This document shows, piece after piece, positions 1 through 9,179 of a DNA stretch of 24,000 nucleotides. Position numbers and translations under genes: made by a program. Positions within the stretch are counted from its first letter, which is position 1. The number at the start of each line of letters is the position of its first letter. The stretch is from an uncultured Streptobacillus sp. (GTDB lineage Bacteria; Fusobacteriota; Fusobacteriia; Fusobacteriales; Leptotrichiaceae), in NCBI GenBank assembly GCA_963539215.1, contig CAUTJT010000002.1, positions 175,087-199,086 of the forward strand, given 5' to 3'. The notes under the pieces were generated by a model, which did no database searches, had not been told where the DNA came from, and worked only from the letters and a program-made list of their open reading frames with translations.

Positions 1-73
1 ATTTTTTTTATTTTTTTATTTTGACACTTTGTTCAAAGTATAAACAATCTTAAAAATTATATATATTTAACAT

Positions 74-1840
74 TTATTTTCTTTCTAAAATAACACAATT
101 ATAATTTGAAACTTCAAATAAATTATCTATTAATATATTCACATTATTTTTTTTGAAAGAACTAAATACAATTTCATATTCTCCACTTTCTAGTTCAAAA
201 CTTATAGCTTCATTCGAACTATTAACAAGTACAAATATTTTATCATCTAAAGAGTACATTAAACTTATATCATTAAATTGTAATAATTTAAATTTCTTCT
301 CTATTTCTTCAAAATTATTTAATTTAAATAAAGGATTTTTCTTTCTGTATTCTATTAATTCAGAAATATATTGAACATTTTCTTTGAAATTTTCAGCTCT
401 ATCAAAATCAAATTTATTTATTTCATCCGATAAATTATATGAATTTTCATGTCCAAATTTTGTTCTAAAGAACTCTTGACCTGCATGTAAGAAAGGTATT
501 CCTTGTGAAGTCATCACTAAAGTTGTAGCAATATTTTGCATTTTTATTCTATCAACTAAACTATCTTCAGAATTAGTTATACTAAAATGATCAAATACAG
601 TATTATTATCATGAGCTTCAACATACTGTATTAATTGATCAGGAGAAATATATCCCCTTAAATTAATACCACCTTTAATAGAGTTTATTAATCTATCATC
701 TGATTTACCACCATTTGCAAAACCTTTACCTAATTTTTCGAAAGTAGATCCTCTTAAGGTATCACGTATATCATCACTAAAGAATGAAATTCTTGGCATT
801 TTATAAGCATTTAGCTGATTTGCTCTTTGTTCTTTATCAAGACTTGTATTTAAGTCCCACCCTTCACCAAGGACTATTATTCCTTTATCAATTTCATCTA
901 ATTTTTCTCTTATCTCATTCATAGTATCAACATCAAGTATACCCATTAAATCAAATCTAAATCCATCAAGTTTAAACTCATTTGCCCAATAAAGTATACT
1001 ATCTACTATATATTTTCTTACCATAGGATGATCACTTGCTAGATCATTACCACAAGCACTTCCATTAGAAAATTCTCCATTTTCATAAAATCTAAAAGCT
1101 TCCTTTTGCATAGTTTTCCAAAGGCTATGACTCATAGCATCATACACATGATTATACACTACATCCATTATTACTCTAATACCATTTTCATGTAATACTC
1201 TTACCATTTCTTTTAACTCTCTTATCCTTACATAAGGATCTTTGGCATCTGTAGCAAATGACCCATCAGGTATATTGTAATTAACAGGATCATATCCCCA
1301 ATTATATCTTAATTCCGGATTATTTTCATCAACTGATTCATCGGAAAAATCATAAAAAGGCATAATTTGAACATGTGTAATACCTAATTTTTTTAAATAA
1401 TTTAATTGTTTATCTTCTATTACTCCTAAAAACTTACCTTTATTTACTGCATTTTGAGTAAAATCTCTAACTGATATTTCATAAATTATTGCATCCAATG
1501 GATTTTCAAAACTTTCCATTCTTTCAAAATTATCAATTTGAGTTTTATCTCTATCTATTATTATTCCACTACCACTATTTACTTCACAAGCTATAGCATA
1601 TGGATCAATTGTAATATATCTTTCATTTTCCGTAAATACTTGATACAGATATCTTTTACCTTCAAAATCTCCAGGTAAAACTTGTTGAAACAATCCTATT
1701 TCTTCAATTTTTTCCATACCATAAATTTTTTGTTCTATTATCAAGTCTACATTTATTGCATTAGGAGCATATATCCTAAATTCTGTATATTCTTTATTGT
1801 ACTTTACTCCTAATTCACCTTTGTGTATCTTATATTTCAT
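74..1840 (-). CDS. pulA: Type I pullulanase / GH13 glycogen-debranching enzyme
   Basis: 588 aa. GH13 motifs YNWGYDPVNYNIPDGSF, VIMDVVYNH, GFRFDLMG, ILGEGWD, VEAHDN; short N-terminal CBM48-like segment. GGTGGG RBS upstream of the ATG; overlaps the end of malQ. Confidence 0.93.
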   Translation of the reverse strand: MKYKIHKGELGVKYNKEYTEFRIYAPNAINVDLIIEQKIYGMEKIEEIGLFQQVLPGDFEGKRYLYQVFTENERYITIDPYAIACEVNSGSGIIIDRDKTQIDNFERMESFENPLDAIIYEISVRDFTQNAVNKGKFLGVIEDKQLNYLKKLGITHVQIMPFYDFSDESVDENNPELRYNWGYDPVNYNIPDGSFATDAKDPYVRIRELKEMVRVLHENGIRVIMDVVYNHVYDAMSHSLWKTMQKEAFRFYENGEFSNGSACGNDLASDHPMVRKYIVDSILYWANEFKLDGFRFDLMGILDVDTMNEIREKLDEIDKGIIVLGEGWDLNTSLDKEQRANQLNAYKMPRISFFSDDIRDTLRGSTFEKLGKGFANGGKSDDRLINSIKGGINLRGYISPDQLIQYVEAHDNNTVFDHFSITNSEDSLVDRIKMQNIATTLVMTSQGIPFLHAGQEFFRTKFGHENSYNLSDEINKFDFDRAENFKENVQYISELIEYRKKNPLFKLNNFEEIEKKFKLLQFNDISLMYSLDDKIFVLVNSSNEAISFELESGEYEIVFSSFKKNNVNILIDNLFEVSNYNCVILERK

Positions 1841-3350
1841 CTTTTGTTCCCACCTTATTTAATCTTGAATAAGTCTTAGTTAAATCATAAATTTTTGAAC
1901 TCAAATCTTTAGTTAAACTTTCTTCTTTTATACGCCAAGACCAGTTTCCAAGTGTTGAAGGTCTATTCATACGTCCTTCATCTCCAAGTTCTAAAAAGTC
2001 TTGAATTTGTGCTATAGCCATATTTGCAACTGAACTCCATGCAGCTCTAATAAATCCTAAAACATAATCTTTTTCATCTGTTAAATATAAATATTTTTTA
2101 GCAAATTCTACTTCTTCTTTATTTGCTTTCTCAAACCAAGATTTAACAGTATCACTATCATGAGTTCCTGTATAAACAGCCCAATTTCTTTCAATTTGAT
2201 GAGGTATAAAATCGCTTTCATTATTAGGATCAAATGCAAATTGAAGCATTTTCATACCTGGAAATCCAGTTTTTTCTCTAAATTTAACAACTTCCACTGT
2301 AGTATACCCTAAATCTTCAGCAACTATTTTAATTTTTCCTAATTTTTCTTCTACTTTTTCAAAAAGTGCTTCACCTTCTGCTTTAACCCATTCTCCATTT
2401 CTTGCATCAGCATCATCTTTAGGTACAGCCCAATATGATTCAAATCCTCTAAAATGATCTATTCTTAAAACATCTACATATTTTAAAGTTTTTTCTATTC
2501 TATTTATCCACCATTTAAAATCTTCTTCTTTATGTTTTTTCCAATCATATATTGGATTACCCCATTTTTGTCCTCCTGCACTAAATCCATCTGGTGGACA
2601 ACCTCCAACCTTATCTTTTATGAAAAGTTCAGGATTTTTCCAAACCTCCATACTATCTGGAGCAACATATATAGGCATATCACCTATTACCTCTATACCT
2701 AAACTATTAACATAATTTTTCCAAGATAAATATTGTTCAAAAAATTTAAATTGTAAAAATTTATGATAATTTATTCTATCTTCTAATTCTTTAGTATATT
2801 TGTCTATAGCATCTTTTTCTCTATTCTTTATATCTCTAGGAAAAGATTCAAATGAAACATTACCAAAATGTTCTTTAAGAGCCATAAAAAGTGAATAATC
2901 TTCTATCCAATCAGAATTCTCATTTAAAAATTTTAAATATTTTTCATTAACTTTACTACTCTTTTTAAAATTTTCATATGCAATACCTAAAACTATATTT
3001 CTAGTCGTATAAATTTTACCAAAATCAACTCTTTCTCTATCAGTACCATAATCTAAGTCTTTAAAATCAGACTCTTTTAAATACCCTTCTTTTTCTAAAA
3101 TTTTAAAATCTATAAAATATGGATTACCTGCAAAAGATGAAAATGATTGATATGGTGAGTCACCATAACCTGTAGGCCCTATAGGTAATATTTGCCAATA
3201 ACATTGACCAGATTCTTTTAAAAAGTCTGCAAACTTATATGCCTCTTCTCCTAAATTACCTATACCATATTCACTCCATAGAGAAGATATATGCATTATT
3301 ATTCCACTTTTTCTTTCTTTGTTTATATCTTTATAATTATATTTATCCAT
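1830..3350 (-). CDS. malQ: 4-alpha-glucanotransferase (amylomaltase, GH77)
   Basis: 506 aa. GH77 motifs GYGDSPYQSFSSFAGNPYFID, EVIGDMPIYVAPDS, VLRIDHFRGFESYW, EDLGYTT, YTGTHDSDT. RBS AGGAG before the ATG. Confidence 0.96.
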   Translation of the reverse strand: MDKYNYKDINKERKSGIIMHISSLWSEYGIGNLGEEAYKFADFLKESGQCYWQILPIGPTGYGDSPYQSFSSFAGNPYFIDFKILEKEGYLKESDFKDLDYGTDRERVDFGKIYTTRNIVLGIAYENFKKSSKVNEKYLKFLNENSDWIEDYSLFMALKEHFGNVSFESFPRDIKNREKDAIDKYTKELEDRINYHKFLQFKFFEQYLSWKNYVNSLGIEVIGDMPIYVAPDSMEVWKNPELFIKDKVGGCPPDGFSAGGQKWGNPIYDWKKHKEEDFKWWINRIEKTLKYVDVLRIDHFRGFESYWAVPKDDADARNGEWVKAEGEALFEKVEEKLGKIKIVAEDLGYTTVEVVKFREKTGFPGMKMLQFAFDPNNESDFIPHQIERNWAVYTGTHDSDTVKSWFEKANKEEVEFAKKYLYLTDEKDYVLGFIRAAWSSVANMAIAQIQDFLELGDEGRMNRPSTLGNWSWRIKEESLTKDLSSKIYDLTKTYSRLNKVGTKDEI

Positions 3351-3357
3351 GTTACTC

Positions 3358-4353
3358 CTATCTATATATTATTTCACTTTCTACTACTATGTGATTATAG
3401 TTTAATTCATTTTCCTCTATCTTACTTGTAAGTAAATACACTGCCCCTTTAGCCAATCTATCATATTTAATATCAACAGTTGTAAACGTATAATTTAAAT
3501 AACTTCTTAATTTAGAATTATTAAATCCTGTCACATCCACATTTACTCCTAATTTTTCTACTGCTCTTATAGCACCTATAGCTAAAATATCATCGGTTGT
3601 TATTATAGCATCTATCTTATCTATATTTTTATGTTTTACAACACTATCATATGCTAAATCCGAACTAAACTCAGGAAGAGATAATATATTACTTTCATTT
3701 ATATCAATCTCATTATTTTTCAAAGCATCCATATACCCCTTTTTTCTATAAATAGAAACTGTCATATCACTAGGTCCTGAAATAAATAATATATTTCTTT
3801 TTCCTTTTTTTATTAAATTATTTGTAATATTAAAACAAGATTTAATATTATCATTATCTATCCAAAGTCCCCTAGTTTTATCATTAGGAGTCCCTATTAT
3901 CGTATATGGAAATGATATTTTTTCAAAATATGATATATGTTCATCATCTTCAGTAAAATTAAGAAACATCAAACCATCTATTCTATTACTTTTAATAAGT
4001 CTATATACATTTTCATATGCATCTTCATTATTTTCAAATTGCAAATACAATGTATAATATCCTAAATCTAAAGCATATTTACTAATAAAAGGTATTATTT
4101 CATTATAGTAATCATTTTGAAGTGGATTTTCTTTTTTAGCTGAACTTACAACTACTAGACCTAATATATTACTTTTACTTTTAGTTAAAGAAACAGCTGC
4201 AGAATTTGGGAAATAATCTAACTTTTTAACAACTTCCATAACTTTTTCTTTAGTCTTATCACTTATTAAATTACTATTAGACATAACTCTAGATACTGTT
4301 GCTTCGCTTACATTTGCAATTTTAGCAACATCTTTTATAGTATATTTTTTCAT
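3358..4353 (-). CDS. LacI-family transcriptional regulator of the malQ-pulA operon
   Basis: N-terminal HTH YTIKDVAKIANVSEATVSRVMSN plus periplasmic-binding-like effector domain. The ATG at 4353 has an AAAGGAG RBS and is preferred over the TTG at 4374 in the ORF track. It ends 7 bp before the malQ start codon. Confidence 0.93.
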   Translation of the reverse strand: MKKYTIKDVAKIANVSEATVSRVMSNSNLISDKTKEKVMEVVKKLDYFPNSAAVSLTKSKSNILGLVVVSSAKKENPLQNDYYNEIIPFISKYALDLGYYTLYLQFENNEDAYENVYRLIKSNRIDGLMFLNFTEDDEHISYFEKISFPYTIIGTPNDKTRGLWIDNDNIKSCFNITNNLIKKGKRNILFISGPSDMTVSIYRKKGYMDALKNNEIDINESNILSLPEFSSDLAYDSVVKHKNIDKIDAIITTDDILAIGAIRAVEKLGVNVDVTGFNNSKLRSYLNYTFTTVDIKYDRLAKGAVYLLTSKIEENELNYNHIVVESEIIYR

Positions 4354-4368
4354 ATATGCTCCTTTCTT

Positions 4369-4384
4369 ATGCAAGCACTTACAT
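4369..4384 (-). promoter_or_regulatory. Candidate LacI/MalR/CcpA-type operator (imperfect palindrome ATGTAAGTGCTTGCAT)
   Basis: Half sites ATGTAAG / CTTGCAT match at 6 of 7 positions. The core is close to the general cre/MalR form TGTAAgCGcTTACA. It sits 3 bp downstream of the -10 box. Confidence 0.6.
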
Positions 4385-4387
4385 TAC

Positions 4388-4416
4388 AGTATACAATCAA
4401 ATCTTAAATTTTTCAA
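4388..4416 (-). promoter_or_regulatory. sigma70-type promoter for lacI-malQ-pulA
   Basis: Minus strand TTGAAA (4416-4411), 17-nt spacer, TATACT (4393-4388). Confidence 0.7.
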
Positions 4417-4460
4417 CACTAATTTTTTAAATTTATTTTAGAAAATTTCATACTATTGTT

Positions 4461-4500
4461 AACAAAAAAATGTTACTCTTTCAAAATTTACTAAAGTAAC
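4461..4500 (-). terminator. Possible rho-independent terminator for the outer membrane protein gene
   Basis: Minus strand GTTACTTTAGTAAATTTTGAAAGAGTAACATTTTTTTG: 6-bp GTTACT/AGTAAC stem followed by a T run. It lies ~250 nt downstream of the stop codon. Confidence 0.45.
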
Positions 4501-4750
4501 AACTTATTTTTTATTCAAACAATCTTCAAAATATATATTTCTAACACTAATATTTATATTATATTTCTTAACTCTTATTATATTTTATTTAATTTCAACT
4601 ATTATTAAATAAAAATTATAAAACTAGATTAAATTTGACAACAAATATAATTAAATGTAAATTGTGAGTATATAAAAACATATACCTCCAAACTTTTAAG
4701 TATAATTATCAGTTCTTCAGTATATGTTTCAAATTAAATTTTAGAATTTA

Positions 4751-5047
4751 TTACCAAACGTATTCAACGTTTAATTTACCTTTTCCTTCAACATTTCTTA
4801 AACCTTTATTGCTTCCTTCTAATGCAATTCCAAATTTAGCACTAACTTCAGGTTTGAATGTTACTTTACCATATTTAATTGTAGCATTAACACTTGGTGT
4901 AACATCTAAAATATGTTTAGTTCCATATGTAGTAAATCTTGCTTTTTCTTTATCTATATCTCTTTGATTTTTAGCAATATAGTCAACTACTGTTTTTTCT
5001 TTTGAAGTTTCAAAGTTATCTTTAACTAATCTATTCATTCCTTCTTT
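4751..5047 (-). repeat. Partner copy of the duplicated outer membrane protein 3' segment
   Basis: Collinear protein-level match to 7165..7458, also visible at DNA level (for example 'tttagcactaacttcaggttt' in both). Confidence 0.88.
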
Positions 5048-7009
5048 ATTTCTTTCAAATTCAGTTTTTGATAAGTTATATAGATAATCTGTATCAAGTC
5101 CTGCTCCTATAGAGTAATTAGAATTTATAGCATATTCTACATTAGTTTTTAATTCAACTTCACCTTTATGTTCTTTAGTTAAATCTCCTTCAAATGGTTT
5201 AACAAAGCTTCCATAATATCTTCCTAATAATTCAGCACTTGTTGACCATGCTTCTTTTGTATATCCTAATTTAAATGCAAGTTCAGAACCTACATATGAA
5301 TTTTGCTTAGCCTTATTTTCAAAAGCAAATTTATCATCTTTACGTAATACCAATTTATCATATAGTCCAAATTCACCAAAGTTATCAAATCTAGTAGTTA
5401 AATCAAATTCTCCTAATTTTTGTTGGTAACTATTATTAAATACTACATCAACAAATTGGTTAACTTTAGGAAGTAAAGAATTTCCTGGATCTACATCTAA
5501 TCTATAACGTACATCTAATGCATTATTTAAATTAGATGAAGCATAATTAACTCCAAGTCCTGTAACTAATTGATTTTTAACTTTAGACATTCCATATTCA
5601 TTATTTTTAGCTTTAATTTCACCAAATTTAATAGCAAACTTGTCATCTAAAACTCCATTTACTTTAAATCCATTATTAAATCTATATTCTAATTTATTAT
5701 TTGTTTCAAATTCGTTGTATAAGTCTTTAACTACTACTTCTACTTCTGGTTTAAAGTAGCTTGGTTTTCTACTTGTTTTACCTTGTGCTTTTAATAAGTA
5801 TGTAGTATTTTTATTCTTAGTAAATGCAGTCCAATTAGAATTTTCATATTTAACATCAAATACTACAGATGGTACATGTAATAATAATCCTATATTTTCT
5901 TTATATATGATTTTTGATTTACTATCAGTAATACTCTTACCTTCTTTAAGAGGTATATTACTTACTTCCGCGTTATAATTTAATCCAAGTTTTACTTCAA
6001 GATCTTTAACACCAGTATATTTAAATTCATTTTCTACTCCTACTTTGTATGCTCTTTCACTTACAGCATTAGAATTTGAAGGTGTTTTTTCAAGTACTGT
6101 ATATAGATCAAATAATGGTTTAGTAGATACGCTAAATCCGTTGCTTTCTACACCTAATTTAACATTCCCTTTTAATCTTCCACCATATTTGAAGTTATTT
6201 TCTATACTACTATCATCAAATAATTTAGTTTCAACATCAGTAACTTTAACTAAATCTTTAACATCTCCTATTGTATGATCTAATTCACCTGATACATTAA
6301 ATATTCCTAATTGTGTTCCTGCTTTAACAAAATTTTCAACTCTGTTGTATAAAACAGGTCTACTTATTAAAGGTGTTCCATCTTGTTTTAAAGTTTCTCT
6401 ATTTTTTAAGTTATATATACTTCCTAATGAATAATTGAAGTTATCTGCTTTTCCATTTACTATAGCTGATAATAATAATTTATCATTTGAATTTATTGTA
6501 TATTTATCAGTTCCTACATTTTCTTCTTTTTCAGTTTCAAATACATATCCATTTTCTTTATAAAAATCTAATTTATCTTGCTCTTTATAATCTTGTTCTA
6601 ATTCTTTTCTTTTTGCATAGCTCCATACATTTTTTGCACTTAAGCTGTTTTTAAATGCTTCTTCAACTGCTAAATAATCTTTATTTTGATCAGCATATAT
6701 TGTATTTAAAATTAAGTTTGAGTTATTTCCTATTTTAGTGTCTACTCTAGCTCCTATATATGCTTGATTTTTATCTTTGTATTTTAATCCTGTAAATAAA
6801 GTTACATCTTTATTTTCATCTAAATAGAATCCTAAATCTAATTGTCCTTTTAAAGGTACTTTAGCTTTACCTAATTGTACATTTCCAGTACTATCTTTAG
6901 TAACTTCATTTTCAGTTTTTACTTCTCCATTAAATTTTAAATACCCTGTTACATTTGAGAATGAAACAACAGTATTTAGTGCCAATAATCCTAAAATATA
7001 TTTTTTCAT
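4751..7009 (-). CDS. Outer-membrane beta-barrel protein (fusobacterial/Leptotrichiaceae type)
   Basis: 752 aa. Signal peptide MKKYILGLLALNTVVSFS, many alternating amphipathic strands, and a C-terminal strand ending in an aromatic residue (KLNVEYVW). GGAGG RBS. Confidence 0.75.
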   Translation of the reverse strand: MKKYILGLLALNTVVSFSNVTGYLKFNGEVKTENEVTKDSTGNVQLGKAKVPLKGQLDLGFYLDENKDVTLFTGLKYKDKNQAYIGARVDTKIGNNSNLILNTIYADQNKDYLAVEEAFKNSLSAKNVWSYAKRKELEQDYKEQDKLDFYKENGYVFETEKEENVGTDKYTINSNDKLLLSAIVNGKADNFNYSLGSIYNLKNRETLKQDGTPLISRPVLYNRVENFVKAGTQLGIFNVSGELDHTIGDVKDLVKVTDVETKLFDDSSIENNFKYGGRLKGNVKLGVESNGFSVSTKPLFDLYTVLEKTPSNSNAVSERAYKVGVENEFKYTGVKDLEVKLGLNYNAEVSNIPLKEGKSITDSKSKIIYKENIGLLLHVPSVVFDVKYENSNWTAFTKNKNTTYLLKAQGKTSRKPSYFKPEVEVVVKDLYNEFETNNKLEYRFNNGFKVNGVLDDKFAIKFGEIKAKNNEYGMSKVKNQLVTGLGVNYASSNLNNALDVRYRLDVDPGNSLLPKVNQFVDVVFNNSYQQKLGEFDLTTRFDNFGEFGLYDKLVLRKDDKFAFENKAKQNSYVGSELAFKLGYTKEAWSTSAELLGRYYGSFVKPFEGDLTKEHKGEVELKTNVEYAINSNYSIGAGLDTDYLYNLSKTEFERNKEGMNRLVKDNFETSKEKTVVDYIAKNQRDIDKEKARFTTYGTKHILDVTPSVNATIKYGKVTFKPEVSAKFGIALEGSNKGLRNVEGKGKLNVEYVW

Positions 7010-7038
7010 ACTTTTCCTCCCTAACTATTTTCAAGTAT

Positions 7039-7067
7039 ATTTTATCAACGTTTTTTATTATTGTCAA
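7039..7067 (-). promoter_or_regulatory. Strong sigma70-type promoter for the outer membrane protein gene
   Basis: Minus strand TTGACA (7067-7062), 17-nt spacer, TAAAAT (7044-7039), 30 nt upstream of the ATG. Confidence 0.75.
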
Positions 7068-7124
7068 CTTTTTTATTTATTTTAGCCAAATTAGCTATTT
7101 TGTATATACAAATATATATTTTTG

Positions 7125-7152
7125 TAAATAAAAAGACCTCATTTCTGAGGTC
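7125..7152 (-). terminator. Rho-independent terminator downstream of the WYL/OMP chimeric ORF
   Basis: Minus strand GACCTC-AGAAAT-GAGGTC followed by TTTTTATTTAC. Confidence 0.7.
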
Positions 7153-7164
7153 TAATCATATATA

Positions 7165-7458
7165 TTACCACATATATTCTACGTTTAATTTACCTTTAAC
7201 TTCAATATTAGTTAATCTAAATAAATCAGATTTTAATCCAAATCCAAATTTAGCACTAACTTCAGGTTTAACTGTTACTTTACCATATTTTAATTCAGCA
7301 TTTACTTTAGGTATTACATCTAATATATGTAAGTTGCTATCTTCCAATCTTGTTAATTCTTTAAGAATATCTTTTGGTTTAGCGTAGATATAATCCTCTA
7401 CTGATTTTTCTACTGAAGTTTTGAAGTTATCTTTCATCAATCTGTTGATTCCTTCTTC
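7165..7458 (-). repeat. Diverged duplicate of the 3' end of the outer membrane protein gene
   Basis: EEGINRLMKDNFKTS...HILDVIPKVNAELKYGKVTVKPEVSAKFG...KGKLNVEYMW aligns collinearly with KEGMNRLVKDNFETS...HILDVTPSVNATIKYGKVTFKPEVSAKFG...KGKLNVEYVW at 4751..5047. Confidence 0.88.
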
Positions 7459-8028
7459 AGTAGAATCATCATTTTCTATATATTTTGAATCTCTTTTTAC
7501 CCTATTTTGAACGTGTTGATAAACTATTTTTATATCTGATATCTTATAATTTCTATAATCCTGACATTTATAACAATAACAGAATAAATAAGATCTACCT
7601 TCTTGTTCGTATGCTTTTATAAAATAAGGATCAACTCTTCTTACTTTACCATGATATTTTATACTTATTTGTTTTTCAAAATTGATTGCATTTTCTATTG
7701 GAGAAAATATATCTTGAAAAATTATTTTCTCTCTTGTAGTCCTCAAATTATTTATATAATTAATAAATAAACTTCTGATAAAATCAGAGATCGTTTCAAA
7801 TTCTCTTCTTTTTAATTCATCCATAAATATATCATCATTATATTTATCTAAATTAAACTGTAATATTTTAGTCGTTTCTCTTTCAAAATTAATAGAAATT
7901 ATTTTTTTATCTAAATAATATTTGAAAATTCTATTCCCTATACCTCTAGCTTCTATATCAAAATAATCAGAATCTGAAATAATAATATTGTGAACAAATT
8001 CTAGCAAATTTGATCTTACTTTAATCAT
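7165..8028 (-). CDS. Chimeric ORF: N-terminal WYL-domain protein fused to the C-terminal tail of an outer membrane beta-barrel protein
   Basis: The N-terminal ~190 aa contain a WYL-like segment (ISIKYHGKVRRVDPYFIKAYEQEGRSYLFCYCYKCQDYRNYKISDIKIV) with no signal peptide. The last ~97 aa align with the C-terminus of the 4751..7009 protein. The ATG at 8028 has a GAGAGG RBS; the ORF track used a TTG at 8043. Confidence 0.7.
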   Translation of the reverse strand: MIKVRSNLLEFVHNIIISDSDYFDIEARGIGNRIFKYYLDKKIISINFERETTKILQFNLDKYNDDIFMDELKRREFETISDFIRSLFINYINNLRTTREKIIFQDIFSPIENAINFEKQISIKYHGKVRRVDPYFIKAYEQEGRSYLFCYCYKCQDYRNYKISDIKIVYQHVQNRVKRDSKYIENDDSTEEGINRLMKDNFKTSVEKSVEDYIYAKPKDILKELTRLEDSNLHILDVIPKVNAELKYGKVTVKPEVSAKFGFGLKSDLFRLTNIEVKGKLNVEYMW

Positions 8029-8133
8029 AACAATGCCTCTCAACGATTTAATTCTTGTATAAATTTCACCATTTTACCCTTTTATAAACAAGGAATGATT
8101 CATTTAAATAAATATTACCTTTTAAAATTTTAT

Positions 8134-8159
8134 ATCCTTATTAAAAAAGGATTTTTTTT
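8134..8159 (+). terminator. Plus-oriented terminator-like hairpin with T tract, no plus-strand gene upstream
   Basis: ATCCTT-ATTAAAA-AAGGAT-TTTTTTT on the plus strand. Confidence 0.35.
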
Positions 8160-8534
8160 AATTTTAAAAAATTTTATAGTTCCCTATCATTTTAAATTTT
8201 AAAAATATTTTTAATCTTTTCCGTATAGTATACCCCACCATATATAAAATTAGTAACTGTTTACATTATAATATATTTATTTCAATCATAAACTATAATA
8301 TTTGTTAAAATAATATATTAATTCGACCTAAAGAATATAGATAAATTAATATATAATTAAGAATAATAAAACAATAGTTAAATCTATTGTATTTTTAAAT
8401 TACAAAAAAAGTATCTAATAAAGACTTTTATTAAAACTATATACAAATTATAGTTTTAAAGTTCTAAATTAAATACTTTTTTATTTAAAATATATTTATC
8501 TAACTTTTTATAACTTTCACCTCTTAATTAACAG

Positions 8535-9179
8535 TTATAAAAATTTTAATAATTCTTCTATTTTTTCTATATTATACTTAGGAATTTGTAATATATTTTC
8601 TGCTTTACCTCTTAAATTATATCCAACTGTTATAGTTCCTAATACATTACCAGCCTCTATACCTACTCTTGCATCTTCAACTATTATACAACTATGTGCT
8701 TCTTGTTTTATCATTTCTATAGATTTTTTATAAATTTCAGGGTTAGGTTTACTATTCTCTATTTGATTCCCGTCAATTATAGCATCAAAAAGATTTATTA
8801 TTCCTAACTTTTCAAGTATAATCTTAGCATTTTTACTAGATGAGCCTATAGCTATCTTAATCCCTTTTTCTTTTAATTTTTTCAATGTATATACTACATT
8901 TTCATCTAAATCTTTTTCAGTCATTTCATTTAATAATTCAAGATAATATTCATTCTTTTCTTTAAGAATTTTTTGTATTTCTTGTTCATCCATCTTCTTT
9001 TTATTAACTTTAAGGATTACTTCTAAACTATCTCTTCTACTTATACCTCTAAGATTATGATTTATTTCTTCATCAAAATATAATTTTAGTTTTTTAGAAA
9101 TTTTATTCCAAGCTTTAAAGTGATAGACATCTGTATGACATATTACTCCATCTAAATCAAATATAACTCCTTTAATCAC
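8535..9179 (-). CDS. pgmB: Beta-phosphoglucomutase (HAD superfamily)
   Basis: 214 aa. MIKGVIFDLDGVICHTDVYHFKAWNKI, LRGISRRDSLEVIL, IGSSSKNA, EIYKKS, VEDARVGIEAG. Located downstream of a GH65 phosphorylase. Confidence 0.92.
   Translation of the reverse strand: MIKGVIFDLDGVICHTDVYHFKAWNKISKKLKLYFDEEINHNLRGISRRDSLEVILKVNKKKMDEQEIQKILKEKNEYYLELLNEMTEKDLDENVVYTLKKLKEKGIKIAIGSSSKNAKIILEKLGIINLFDAIIDGNQIENSKPNPEIYKKSIEMIKQEAHSCIIVEDARVGIEAGNVLGTITVGYNLRGKAENILQIPKYNIEKIEELLKFL

Noticed and set aside
153-374. Small plus-strand ORF of 73 aa
   Set aside because: Antisense to pulA, no homology-like features or convincing RBS; a by-product of the minus-strand coding frame.
6045-6278. Plus-strand ORF of 77 aa
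   Set aside because: Entirely antisense within the outer membrane protein gene; the low-complexity residue pattern mirrors the coding strand.
7061-7387. Plus-strand ORF of 108 aa
   Set aside because: Crosses the outer membrane gene promoter and terminator and runs antisense to the duplicated tail; no supporting signals.
8508-8540. Inverted repeat TTATAACT...AGTTATAA at the end of pgmB considered as operon terminator
   Set aside because: AT-only weak stem, overlaps the stop codon and has no T tract on the transcribed side.
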